The notes: a model not told the origin generated them from the sequence alone. 64,000 bases of DNA from Methanobacteriota archaeon (GCA_043799545.1 JAZDNO010000026.1:64001-128000); one strand, 5' to 3'; shown: positions 19,201 to 28,254, counted from the first letter of the stretch. Made by a program: numbers and translations.

Positions 19201-22200
19201 TGCGGGTATTCCATGTAGTTGAAGATGCCGTCGCCGTCCGTGTCCGCGGTCAGGTTGTACGCGCGAATAGCCCACACGCCGCCCCTCTTGTCCGCGTAGG
19301 CGACCGTGTCGCCCCAGACGGCCGGGCTGAACTGGAGGGCGCTGTCGGACGTCATCGCCGACTTCTTCAGGTCGACTCCCGTGACTGCCATCGAGGCGCC
19401 GAGAATCCGCGCCCTCTCGGGAAGCGTGACCGAATTCTTCGCGCGCGACCCTCCGCCTATGAAGGACTCCATTGCATCCTCCAGCCCGTTCGAGAACGAC
19501 TTGACGGAGCGCACGTACATGCCGTTGGAATAGATGCCGTACTGGTTCCCGTCGAAAGAGCCCCCCGTGAGATGCGGGGCCGAGTTGTACGAATACAGGC
19601 CGTAGTAGTTCGAAACCGCCGTCAGGTTCTGAATCATCGGGGCCGAGTCGTCGAGGCGCACGCCGACCTGGTTTCCGCGCGCCTCCACCCCCCGCACAAC
19701 GGCGCCGCAGTTGGCCAGATACAGACCGCTCCCGGTGTTTCCTGTGAAAAGCGATTCGGCCACTGCGACATCCGACTCCTTGATCCAGCAGCCATCCGAG
19801 TTCCCGCTGATGTCCGCCCCGGTGATGTTGCCGCGCGAGCCGTCGTTGATGGACAACCCATAGAGGTTCGCGCGCGCCTTCGCCCCGGAAATCTCCAGCG
19901 CGCAATTCGACGCCAGCGTGCCGGAATCCGCGCAGTTGTCCGCGCTTGCGTTTTCCATTGTGATGCGGGAGTCGTAGGCTTCGATTCCGTCGCGGCAATA
20001 GGAGATGTTGGAGTTCGCCAGCGTCACCTCACCCGAGACTGAATAGATTCCCGCGGAGAACGATTCGTGGACGTCGGTGCGGCTGATGTCGGCCCTGCCG
20101 TAGACGTTGACGGGAACCCACGCGAGCTCAGAACCGCTCACGGTGAGGTTCGCCCCCGGCGAGACTGTCACAGGGACCGACAGCGGCCTGCCAGGAGATC
20201 TTGACTGCGTCGGGGCTGCGCGGCATCCTTCGAGTGTTATGTCCCCCATGTACGCCCAAAGGCCGTACGAAACCTGAGGCGTGCTCCAGAGAAGCAGGTC
20301 GCACGATTCGATGTCCAGGTTTCCTCCCTCCATGACCTTCACGTCGCCCTTCACCACGATTGTCTCGTTGGCGTGCCGCTCGTCGCCCCAGACCTCCCTG
20401 TCGGCGCCCCACACCAGGCAGTTGTCCGAATCTGGAAGTTCAAGGGCATAATTAAATCCCTGAGATAGAGCGAGGTCAACAGAAGCGAGCCTCGATGCGT
20501 TTGCCTCCGCTAAAATGGCGGTCACTTTAACCGGTTGAGGGCTCTCATAGCCTGTGGCCGTAACCCTGTGGTCGCAATACGCCATCCACCCAGTCGAGCC
20601 GTTCGTTCCCGAGGTGGCGCTGTAGAAGCCCGCGCCAAGCGAGACGAGCGCGCCAGCTGCCGGCAAACCAGATTCTGTCACATTGAACCGCGCGAACCCG
20701 CCTACGTTGACGTACGAAGATTCTGGCACGAGCAGCTTCTCCTCGGAAAAGACGCAGTTCAGCAAGGCGGGCCTCGAACCCCGAGCCGGAACGGCGTCCC
20801 ACGTGTTGGACAGGGTCGAATTCGCGAGCACCGGCGCGGCGGAGCTGGACGATAGGCCGATGGCGTTGCCTACCAGTTCGCATCCCTCGGCCCATAAATT
20901 CGCGCTCCCGTCGGCGATTCCGACGTTGTTTCCCACAATCGTGCAAGCCTCGAGGCGGACCTTTCCGCCCTGGAAATCCATGCCTATGCCGTCGCACCCC
21001 CCCGTTCTGGTTCCGAGCAATGCGACGTCGCAGGACGACGACGCCAAGCCGTTGTCGCAATCGGCGAACAAGGAATGCTCGTCCAGGTAGCTCGAATCCG
21101 ATGCGAAAACTCCGTAGCTGGCATTTCGCACGGTCAGGTTGTAGGTCTCGACCACCGAGCCATATGCGGAAAATCCGTTGCCTGCGAGGTTGTCAAATCG
21201 GCAATCCGCGAGGGTCAGCTCCGTCCCGTAGGCTGCGACGCCGGACTTGGACAGGAATACCGAGAACGCCCCGGGCGAGCACGACGCGCCTTCGAAGGTC
21301 AGGGCGTCGGCCTTGGCGTGCAGGAACGAAGTTCCAGCGGCGTCGAAATCGCCAGTCTTCACAGAAGCCCCGTTCGAGCTGACGATGCTTGAATTCCGGA
21401 TGCTGGCTGAGGAGCCTGACGCGAAGAGAAGCGCGTATCCGGCGCTCTGCAGCGGGCGCGGGCTCCAGACGCTTAGGATGCGGCATCCTTCGGCGCGCAC
21501 GCTCCCTCCAGCGTAAGTGTGGAGTCCGGCGTTTGCCTCCTCGGACGCGTCGAAGAGAAGGGTCACGTTGTCGAGGGAAAGGTTTCCGAACTCGGAGACG
21601 TCCAGTTCGCGCGAGAGGATGTACGTGGCGTTTGCCAGCGCAACGGAATCTGTGATGTTGATTGCTTGGTTGAAGTACTCGATTTCCAGCGACACTGAGG
21701 TCGCGACGACGGCCGAACCGTTTAGCGGCGACGAGCCTGCTTCCGTCCAGCCGCCGTAATCGACGTATGCGTATGCGGTTCCGCCCGAACGGTTCGAAAC
21801 GCCCCCGGATGTGACTAGCTGGATTCTCTCGATTGCGACGGCCGTCCCATCCTCGGAGGCGCGACCGGACCACGACGCGAGCCCTTCGGAATCTATCAGG
21901 GACACCTTCGCGCCATCGGCTGGATAACCCGATTCGTTGAAAACCGACACTGGTGAATACCGTCCTACGGAGATGTGCTGTCCGTTGCCCACGATCGTCC
22001 TCGATGACGAGAAAGTGGTGTTGACCAGCCCCGGAAATGAATTCCAGTCCGCCTGCACGTCGACTCCCCCAACAATCGACGAATCGTATATCAAGGGGGA
22101 AGCTTCCCAGCAGTAAACGGCTGTGCCAGCGATTCCTGAGATTTGAAGCCCTCCGATTTCCGGGTTGGAGTATGAGAGATATATCCCCCCGTAACCCCCG

Positions 22201-22904
22201 AGGATGCTCATCCCCGAAATCTGGAGGTTCGCAAACTGCGCCCTCACGGCCCAGTTGCTGGAGGAAACGACTGTGCAATTGCGTATCTGAGCCGACGATT
22301 GATGGGCGTCGATGCCGTACTGCGCGGATTGGAACGTGCAGCTCTCGACTGTCGGCGACGACGAGGCGATGCTCAACCCGGCAAAACAGCTAGAGAAAGT
22401 GGTGTTCAGCATCAAAGCGGTGCTGGTTTGAATTGCGAAACCCATGGCTGATTTCGCGGCCCCGCAGAGCGATACCTTGCTGTTCGTGACGTTCGCCACG
22501 GAGCCGGCCCTCGCGTAGAAAGAGTACCTGTGGAGGCCGTCGTGCGAGGTCAGCCCGCCGGAGTCGTTCGCCGTCGCCGGGTCACCGTCGAGGTCGCCCA
22601 TCATGAATTTTCCTCCAGATTTCACCTCCCCCGCGAACTCCAGGTCCTTTCTGCAGTCGAACCTCAGGGTCGAGTTGCGCAGGTCCAGCGTTGCCCCGCC
22701 GGCAACCGATAGATTACCCCTCAGGATAATCGTTTTGTTCGTGTAATTCTGGTATCCGTAAACAATCCAATCCTCGTAGATATATATTGTGCCGGGTCCG
22801 GGAGCGGCTGGTGTCGGAGGTGTCGGCGCCAACGCGGTCCCCGCTTGGAAAGTACCTGGAACGAAGAAAAGGGCGGCCAGCAAAATGACGAGAAGCTTCC
22901 TCAT
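16257..22904 (-). CDS. 2215-aa secreted multidomain surface protein (beta-helices, TolB-like propeller, Ig-like domains, GWNL C-terminal domain)
   Basis: Signal peptide; parallel beta-helix (NosD/PbH1-like) repeats; P.I.G...VW propeller repeats; DTDGDGI Ca-binding-like motif; Big_5-like domains; GWNLVSLPL/GWNLVGYPS tail; many NxS/T sequons. Confidence 0.85.
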   Translation of the reverse strand: MRKLLVILLAALFFVPGTFQAGTALAPTPPTPAAPGPGTIYIYEDWIVYGYQNYTNKTIILRGNLSVAGGATLDLRNSTLRFDCRKDLEFAGEVKSGGKFMMGDLDGDPATANDSGGLTSHDGLHRYSFYARAGSVANVTNSKVSLCGAAKSAMGFAIQTSTALMLNTTFSSCFAGLSIASSSPTVESCTFQSAQYGIDAHQSSAQIRNCTVVSSSNWAVRAQFANLQISGMSILGGYGGIYLSYSNPEIGGLQISGIAGTAVYCWEASPLIYDSSIVGGVDVQADWNSFPGLVNTTFSSSRTIVGNGQHISVGRYSPVSVFNESGYPADGAKVSLIDSEGLASWSGRASEDGTAVAIERIQLVTSGGVSNRSGGTAYAYVDYGGWTEAGSSPLNGSAVVATSVSLEIEYFNQAINITDSVALANATYILSRELDVSEFGNLSLDNVTLLFDASEEANAGLHTYAGGSVRAEGCRILSVWSPRPLQSAGYALLFASGSSASIRNSSIVSSNGASVKTGDFDAAGTSFLHAKADALTFEGASCSPGAFSVFLSKSGVAAYGTELTLADCRFDNLAGNGFSAYGSVVETYNLTVRNASYGVFASDSSYLDEHSLFADCDNGLASSSCDVALLGTRTGGCDGIGMDFQGGKVRLEACTIVGNNVGIADGSANLWAEGCELVGNAIGLSSSSAAPVLANSTLSNTWDAVPARGSRPALLNCVFSEEKLLVPESSYVNVGGFARFNVTESGLPAAGALVSLGAGFYSATSGTNGSTGWMAYCDHRVTATGYESPQPVKVTAILAEANASRLASVDLALSQGFNYALELPDSDNCLVWGADREVWGDERHANETIVVKGDVKVMEGGNLDIESCDLLLWSTPQVSYGLWAYMGDITLEGCRAAPTQSRSPGRPLSVPVTVSPGANLTVSGSELAWVPVNVYGRADISRTDVHESFSAGIYSVSGEVTLANSNISYCRDGIEAYDSRITMENASADNCADSGTLASNCALEISGAKARANLYGLSINDGSRGNITGADISGNSDGCWIKESDVAVAESLFTGNTGSGLYLANCGAVVRGVEARGNQVGVRLDDSAPMIQNLTAVSNYYGLYSYNSAPHLTGGSFDGNQYGIYSNGMYVRSVKSFSNGLEDAMESFIGGGSRAKNSVTLPERARILGASMAVTGVDLKKSAMTSDSALQFSPAVWGDTVAYADKRGGVWAIRAYNLTADTDGDGIFNYMEYPHLDPDPAVTVITDGATLDYDPAIWGTTIVWTRWDAAAGYDIMAHDLSNGTTWPAVPGASMDLQPSIWGDRLAWSAIDGKQKIFAGNLSGGAEQLSNNSRYNINPDIHGDEVVWHDYEGNPYYELADIHLYNLTTGEDKLVQALPSQQCLPTLWGDWLAYQDDRKGDTNLDGWKEWDIYLYNLSTEEERRLTFDGQASFAPDLSGDKVVWYWHDRTLDDSLPATIEGWSVMMHNITTGTTETLERETGGDSWPVANGPRVAWVNKSGGGDIWVYDQRYAGFPTNPWVDIGDDGSAEWARAGEFTSTVRMNGTVLAKAFAGFVRNSESDAETTVPIRIGSSSTGRVRLSGLELTYEVPGLAERTTFTGDGAAGVYCWDSDFRLVNATLALPGTEINAAGGSNPELLNCTFDGDFAFSDARSNVTVRNFLHVLAEDKEGSPLAGARVRAYDSGTLALDSLTSEDGRLDWSRVTDRMHNSTGAWENETLARVDYLGAKFDLNPRLVPMAESHLEIFSTDRTPPTFLEASPAPDSFVNAPYPTISILAIDPYGIDASSIKLYVDGYRVYYNLSAVTDGYNVSYFYEVGANDGQVIRCRIAATDMYGNFADFYWNFTADLSAPVILWTDPFDGEARVGVFSNITVRFNEPVRKVGAEMALWFDPPVSGEFYWADGATMVFVPGEQLLPSRAYAAHIEAGIEDVAGNSMGAYGWNFITESDIYPPSASREWPAPGEGYTDLSPVISVQVTDVSGVVQSSIRLYVQGYAVFYDLAPVSGGYNVSYWHAAGFSVGDVVRCRIVARDPAGNLMDRSWSFTAVTFVDIPLDKGWNLVSLPLVQLNESVESALSSIKGKWDHVMAWDPGNPWNRWKQYFTGWSASMNDLTKLDHRVGFWLRVSDACTLRVCGLPPGSTTIELRAGWNLVGYPSANDSFYSTVEFRTDTGATILEGFDPAAEYLVTTLAYGLILKRCTAYWVYVPADAVWTVDW

Positions 22905-23119
22905 GACGGTGTCAAATATCCCTCCCCAGTTACTTAAAACTTTGTGCGAAAACGGTTTTATGGCTATGAAAAGCGCCGTGGCTGCGGCGACGCGGCTCCG
23001 CCGCGCCCGTCGGTTCCGCCCGGTTCCATCTGTCTCGGGGCTGACCGCGGGCGCGCCTCAGCCTCCCGGCTGGGGCGCGCCTCGAGCGCGGCGTGTCGCG
23101 TCGAAAGAGGACGATGCGC

Positions 23120-23425
23120 CTACCCGAAGAGCGCGCCCAGACCGGCCGCGGCTTCGTCTTCGGAGACCTTCTTTTCCTCTTTCTCTTCCTTCTTCTCCGC
23201 TGCTGGTGCGCCGGCTGCCGCCGCTGGAGCCGCCGCCGCCACCGGGGCGGTAGCGGCCTTGGCTATGACATCCTTTATGTCCACTCCCTCGAGGGCCGCG
23301 GTGAGCGCCTTGACCCTCGCCGGGTCGGCCGCGACGCCCGCTGCCTTCAGGACATTCGATATCCCAGCTTCGTCCACCTTCTTTCCAGCTGCGTGGAGAA
23401 CCATCGCGCTGTACACATATTCCAT
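23120..23425 (-). CDS. rpl12: 50S ribosomal stalk protein P1/P2 (L12p)
   Basis: [11 protein letters not shown]...Ala-rich hinge...GLGALFG. Confidence 0.97.
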   Translation of the reverse strand: MEYVYSAMVLHAAGKKVDEAGISNVLKAAGVAADPARVKALTAALEGVDIKDVIAKAATAPVAAAAPAAAAGAPAAEKKEEKEEKKVSEDEAAAGLGALFG

Positions 23426-23449
23426 TTTCTTACCTCCTTTCTTTGAGCC

Positions 23450-24313
23450 TCACTTTCCCCCCGCATCCGCCTTGGCCTTCAGCGCAAGCATCTGGGCCTG
23501 CGCCCTCGCCAGGAGGAACGGGACGGATTCCTTGTTCATTATTCCTGCCTCTACGGAGAGCGCCAGCGCGCTCTTGTAGGCCTTCGCGACCATCGGCTGT
23601 ATCGTGAAACTGGTGACGTAGCCCATCTCCATCGCCAGGCCGAGAGCCTGGTTCGCGGCCATCATCACGTTCGATATGTACGTCCTCGGGTCCACGGCCA
23701 TGACTTCCTTGGAGAATATCGTTCCCTCGTCGTAGGCCATCCGAAGGTCCATGCCGACAGTCAGAGGGAATATCTCCAGCTTAGTCAGGACAGGCGCGAC
23801 CTCGCGCGGAATCTTGTCACCCGCCTTTACCAGGAGCTTGTCCTTCTTGATTACGACCTTGCCGTCCTGTATGGCAGCCGGTATTCCGGCCTTCTGCAGT
23901 TCGCCGACAATCGGTCCGGGCTTGAAGGGCGTGTCCCCGGCCTTTATCTCTATGTCATCCGGAGCCGTTTCCCCGCCCCTCGCCGCCATCTTGGACTTGT
24001 TCTCCTCGAGGAGCTGGTAGAGCTTGAACGGGTTCATGTCGGTGGTGATGATTGCGGTCTGGCCCTCCATCTTTGGCGTGAGGGACTCCAGGTTCGGCTT
24101 CTTCTTCGAGGCGTGCTGGATGGCCAGCGATGCAATCGTGTTCTTGACCACGATGATGTCCGCCTTCCCGAGCAGGTCCTTCCTCATCTTCTGGATGGCC
24201 ATGCCCGGTATTCCGCCGACGAAAGCGATTCCGACGACGCGCTTCGAGTCCAAAGACGCCTGCAGCTGGTTGAGCTGGGTTGTCTTCCACTTTGCGACTT
24301 CGCTTTGGTCCAT
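23450..24313 (-). CDS. rpl10: 50S ribosomal protein uL10 (P0)
   Basis: GDTPFKPGP, KLEIFP; position in the L1-L10-L12 operon. Confidence 0.96.
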   Translation of the reverse strand: MDQSEVAKWKTTQLNQLQASLDSKRVVGIAFVGGIPGMAIQKMRKDLLGKADIIVVKNTIASLAIQHASKKKPNLESLTPKMEGQTAIITTDMNPFKLYQLLEENKSKMAARGGETAPDDIEIKAGDTPFKPGPIVGELQKAGIPAAIQDGKVVIKKDKLLVKAGDKIPREVAPVLTKLEIFPLTVGMDLRMAYDEGTIFSKEVMAVDPRTYISNVMMAANQALGLAMEMGYVTSFTIQPMVAKAYKSALALSVEAGIMNKESVPFLLARAQAQMLALKAKADAGGK

Positions 24314-24324
24314 CTGGAGCCCCC

Positions 24325-24963
24325 CTACATCAGCCTCACTGACGGGCCCATCGTCGTCTTGATGAAGATCGACCGTATGTTCAACTTTCCGCGCTCCAGC
24401 TTCGTGGTCAGACGCTTGACCACCAGGTCGATGTTCTCGGCTATGTCCTCGACCGGCATCTCCTTGCTGCCGACGGGCATGTGGAACGTCTTCCTGTCTT
24501 TTGATTTTAAATTGATGGTCCTCTTGAGATTCGCCACGATGTTGACGGGGTCCGCCGCTGGCTGTATCGGCTTCGGCATCTTCCCCCTGGGCGCCAGGAC
24601 CTTTCCCAGCTTTTTACCGATGAGCGGCATCAGCGGCGCCTCGGCGAGGAAAAACGTGTTGTCGGAAGCCAGCTTCTTCGTCTTCTTGCTGTCCCCGGCG
24701 TACTCCTCTATCTGTTCGGGGGAGATGACCAGGTCGGCGACGCCCTTGGACTTGCGCGCCAGCTCTCCGCCGCAGAATATCCCTATCTTGATGTCCCTGC
24801 CACGGCCTTTCGGTAAAATGACGTCCTCGTCTATCCTGTTCTTGGGGATTGCGAGGTCCACGTCCTTCAGATTGACAGCCAGCTCGACGGTCTCCTTGAA
24901 CTTGCGTTGCTTGGAGCCCTCGAGGGCTTTCTTGACCGCCTCGATTGTTGTTTTCTCGGCCAA
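24325..24963 (-). CDS. rpl1: 50S ribosomal protein uL1 (TTG start)
   Basis: RKFKETVEL, LAPRGKMP, KTTMGPS; RBS GGAGGT. Confidence 0.97.
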   Translation of the reverse strand: MAEKTTIEAVKKALEGSKQRKFKETVELAVNLKDVDLAIPKNRIDEDVILPKGRGRDIKIGIFCGGELARKSKGVADLVISPEQIEEYAGDSKKTKKLASDNTFFLAEAPLMPLIGKKLGKVLAPRGKMPKPIQPAADPVNIVANLKRTINLKSKDRKTFHMPVGSKEMPVEDIAENIDLVVKRLTTKLERGKLNIRSIFIKTTMGPSVRLM

Positions 24964-24975
24964 TTACATACCTCC

Positions 24976-25008
24976 TGTAGTTTTATCGGGGCTTCCGCCC
25001 CTCCTACA
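24976..25008 (-). promoter_or_regulatory. Candidate uL1-binding autoregulatory mRNA element
   Basis: mRNA UGUAG-GA-GGGGC-GGAA-GCCCC-GAUAAAA-CUACA: helix, asymmetric GA/G..AAA loop, helix; directly abuts the rpl1 RBS. Confidence 0.75.
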
Positions 25009-25105
25009 TGGAGCAACACTTGGATTGGGCTCAAAGGACAGGTGGTAGATAAGTGTTTCGGAGGGCATCCGCTCCGACGCAGCGGAAGAATGGCCGATAT
25101 CGGGT

Positions 25106-26245
25106 TTATCCATCCGCATTGACTTTCTTCATCGTTTTCAGGAGACTCCTGACCTTGCGGGCTTCCGCCTCGATTCGTCCCCTGCCGGCCTTGACGTCTA
25201 TCTTCGCGTACATCGATTTCAAGTAATGGATGTCCTCCTCGGTCAGGTATTTGCAGCTGAACGGGAAGAACGTTTCCTCCTCCAGCTTGAAATGGGGCCC
25301 GATTATCTCGATGTATCTGGAGATGGTCTTCTTCAACGGAGCTGTCAGCCTCTTGCGCTCCGCGTAATAATTGCCCAAATCCCTGTAGATGTCAGCGAGG
25401 CATTTCTCCATCTCGTCGTCCCTGTCGCCAATCTGCAGGCCGATGTCGTAGGCCTGAACGGACTGTGTGACTGGCTCCAGCAATTTCATCTTGTCTTCCA
25501 GATATTTTTCCAGGTCATTTTTCATGTCCTTGAAGATGGCCTCAAGCTCGTCGTGCTGCTCCTGCAGTATTGCGAACGAAGTCTTGGACATCTCGGCGAA
25601 CCAGTCGGGATGCTCCGTCACGACTCGTTCTATGAACTTGTCGGTATATATTCGTTCCTTGGCGACGTGTACCTCGTAGTCCGCCATGAACACGACCGAT
25701 ACGCACCACGAGAGCACGTCCTTGGGAATGCCCCTGTCCAGGTTTTCGTTGACCAGGGTCATCAAATCCCTGATGTCGCGCAGCAACGGATGCTCGGCTA
25801 CGAGCATATCCGTTATCTCGTTCGCGTGCTTCAGATGTTCGCCCTTCTCCAGCCCATCCAGCAGCCCCAAGCCGACCTGTACCCTCGCCACAAGAGTGGA
25901 AGGCGTGAACGGAATGGCCAGGAAATCATCCACACCCGCCTTTAGAGCGGTGATGAGCCCCGATGCGTTTTTTCTGGCATCCGTCAAAAGGATGATGTAG
26001 CACAGCCGTCCCGCCTCCTTCGACACCTCTCGGATGTCGTGGCCCAATGTGGGAATGCTGACGCCCTTAATCCGTTCGTCCAGTATGGCGACTTGGAGCT
26101 CGTTGTCCGATTCGAATGCCCTGATGACCTCGGTCCCGTTCGAAACGCCCGAAACCCTGAAGCCTTCGCTCTCCAATGCCTTGGTAATTTGGGAATTGGA
26201 TTCCTGATGAGCGGTCGCCAGAAGGATTCTGTTGGCCCGGGTCAT
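25106..26245 (-). CDS. Atypical receiver (REC) domain fused to a hemerythrin-like (HHE) domain
   Basis: REC pattern ILDER...ILLT...GVDDFLAIPF (Lys replaced by Ile); HHE ligands EH, HVAKE, QH, HFKLEE. Confidence 0.75.
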   Translation of the reverse strand: MTRANRILLATAHQESNSQITKALESEGFRVSGVSNGTEVIRAFESDNELQVAILDERIKGVSIPTLGHDIREVSKEAGRLCYIILLTDARKNASGLITALKAGVDDFLAIPFTPSTLVARVQVGLGLLDGLEKGEHLKHANEITDMLVAEHPLLRDIRDLMTLVNENLDRGIPKDVLSWCVSVVFMADYEVHVAKERIYTDKFIERVVTEHPDWFAEMSKTSFAILQEQHDELEAIFKDMKNDLEKYLEDKMKLLEPVTQSVQAYDIGLQIGDRDDEMEKCLADIYRDLGNYYAERKRLTAPLKKTISRYIEIIGPHFKLEEETFFPFSCKYLTEEDIHYLKSMYAKIDVKAGRGRIEAEARKVRSLLKTMKKVNADG

Positions 26246-26341
26246 TCAATCGGCCCTCCGTGGGATTTTCAGCTTATCACGGTGGCAAAAGAGTGCTAAC
26301 GATTATAAATAAATGCCCTTGAATATATATTTAAATTTCTC

Positions 26342-27016
26342 TCAATCGTCCTTTATTGAAACGACCATCGCCTCGTGGTCCTTCTCATAGGGCGCCAGGT
26401 CGATGCGCTCCTCCACTTCGTAGCCCCGTTCCACAAGCTGACCCTCCACTCTGGCGAATATCTTGGCCGGATTCGCCGAGACATCAATGCTCCTGGCCTT
26501 CACCATCAAAATCGCCATCCCAGTCGAGGGCGGCAGCGCGTCCAGGTTCTTGTGCAGTATACCGACCTGGTCCTTCTGAGATATGTCTTGGTACGCCACA
26601 TCTACCGACTGCACGATTGGCGCGTAAGACCCGGGGTTGCTGGCGTCGGACAGGATGGGATGCATGTTCTTCCGGCGCTCGCAAAGCGCCACCAGGTCCC
26701 TGAACGGCCTCGACGCGATTTCCACGCAGAACACCTGGCCGTCGGTCGCTATGTCTGAAACGTGGCTGGCCGTCGTGCCGCTGGCCGCGCCCAGGTACAG
26801 AACGCGGGACGAGGCCGTGAACGGGAAGCTCTCCAGCCCATTCAGAAGGGCGGCAGCCAGCTTGCTCCTCCGCGGGTCCCAGGCCCTGTACTCCGCTCCG
26901 TCCGTCGTTGCCAAATCCTCGCCGTAGACCCTCTGCCCGGGGTCCCTGTTCAAGGTGAATTGGCGCGAGCCATCGGTGTATACCCCTCCGAACCGCGACT
27001 GCTTCATTCCTGGCAT
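26342..27016 (-). CDS. flpA: Fibrillarin-like rRNA/tRNA 2'-O-methyltransferase
   Basis: YRAWDPRRSKLAAA, YLGAASGTT, YQDISQ. True start near 27016/27007; the ORF-track extension to 27244 is spurious. Confidence 0.95.
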   Translation of the reverse strand: MPGMKQSRFGGVYTDGSRQFTLNRDPGQRVYGEDLATTDGAEYRAWDPRRSKLAAALLNGLESFPFTASSRVLYLGAASGTTASHVSDIATDGQVFCVEIASRPFRDLVALCERRKNMHPILSDASNPGSYAPIVQSVDVAYQDISQKDQVGILHKNLDALPPSTGMAILMVKARSIDVSANPAKIFARVEGQLVERGYEVEERIDLAPYEKDHEAMVVSIKDD

Positions 27017-27070
27017 CGGGCCGCAAACGTGGACGCTACTTTTAATACTTGGGTCAGCCATTTCAGCGCG

Positions 27071-27541
27071 ATGGAAGACGACGAGGTCAAGGCGCAGCTG
27101 AAGGCCATCAACGAACGGATGATAAAGCTCGAGGAGGCCTTCCTCGACGTGGCCAGGCCATACGCCGAGATATCCGAGCAGATGCAGTCCTTCCAGGAGA
27201 TTTCCAAGGGCTACTTCAAGCTCATGGGGCTCTACCAGAAGCACGGCCAGATATCGCCGGAAATGGCGGTCCCGGGGCTCAAAGACCCGATATCGAAGGA
27301 CCTGCTCCAGATTGTCATAGAGAAAGGGCCGGTGAACATCTCCGAGGCCACGGACCTTCTGAGGGAGAAGCGCGGCCGTTCGTCCAGGCGCATCGTGCGC
27401 GAGAGGCTCCAGGAGATGGAGAAGGCGGGCGTGGTCATCGCGGAATCGAGGGGGAAGCAGAAGCGCTACTCCGCGTCCGAGGAAGTGACCGATAAATGGT
27501 TAGAACTGCTCGGTTTGGTTAAGAACAGGGAGCACGCATAA
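27071..27541 (+). CDS. Coiled-coil plus winged-HTH transcriptional regulator
   Basis: N-terminal heptads; GPVNISEAT...SRRIVRERLQEMEKAGVV wHTH pattern. Confidence 0.7.
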   Translation: MEDDEVKAQLKAINERMIKLEEAFLDVARPYAEISEQMQSFQEISKGYFKLMGLYQKHGQISPEMAVPGLKDPISKDLLQIVIEKGPVNISEATDLLREKRGRSSRRIVRERLQEMEKAGVVIAESRGKQKRYSASEEVTDKWLELLGLVKNREHA

Positions 27542-27562
27542 GGATACACAGAGGTGAAAAAC

Positions 27563-27976
27563 ATGACAGACGATGAAAAGAAAAAGACGCAGGAACATGA
27601 CCACGACCACGGAGACCACACGGACGTCAAGGAGGTCCGCGAGATTCTCGACGTCGTCGGGGAGAAGATACCGAAGCTGCTGAACGACCTCACGGACGTT
27701 CTCTACGGCAAGGAGCAGTCCCAGAAGTACGGCACTGCCGTCGCGGGCTTCTACAAATCCCTGAAGGACGCGGGGATTACGGACGCGCAAGCCTTCGAGC
27801 TCACCCAGCAGTACATGGGGACCCTGAACATAGGAAACGCAATCGCAAGCGCGATAGGAAACCACGGCGGGCACGACGACGATGACGACATGGGCGACGA
27901 CATCAAGAAGGCCATCAACATAAAGATTAAGAGCAAGCTCAAGGAGAAGGGCCTGGACACTGACGACGAGGCCTAG
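27563..27976 (+). CDS. Hypothetical His/Asp-rich helical protein
   Basis: RBS GAGGTGA; HDHDHGDH and HGGHDDDDD tracts. Confidence 0.75.
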   Translation: MTDDEKKKTQEHDHDHGDHTDVKEVREILDVVGEKIPKLLNDLTDVLYGKEQSQKYGTAVAGFYKSLKDAGITDAQAFELTQQYMGTLNIGNAIASAIGNHGGHDDDDDMGDDIKKAINIKIKSKLKEKGLDTDDEA

Positions 27977-27987
27977 GGAGGCCATAG

Positions 27988-28254
27988 ATGCCAGAGGAGG
28001 CGCGGGAGAACCCCGCCGACGTCGTGATAATAATGGCCAAGTCCCTGTGGCTGGCGATGAAGCTGCTCTTCGTGCTCATGCGCTTCAAGCGCAAGGCCAA
28101 CCGCGCCGCGCGCAACTTCCGTAAGGCGGCGGTCAAGGGCGGCATGGACAGGCGCATGGCAGACCAGCTCACCGAGCAGTACGTGGAGTTCGCCAGCATC
28201 CGGAAGATGGTAAAGAACGTGACCGGGAGCGGAAAGATACCGTTCATGAACTAA
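27988..28254 (+). CDS. Small hypothetical protein
   Basis: RBS GGGAGG; high-GC3 codon usage; third gene of the operon. Confidence 0.7.
   Translation: MPEEARENPADVVIIMAKSLWLAMKLLFVLMRFKRKANRAARNFRKAAVKGGMDRRMADQLTEQYVEFASIRKMVKNVTGSGKIPFMN

Noticed and set aside
27017-27244. N-terminal extension of fibrillarin and of ORF 26762-27541
   Set aside because: The two extensions overlap each other's real genes; an AT-rich divergent promoter lies at about 27035-27050.
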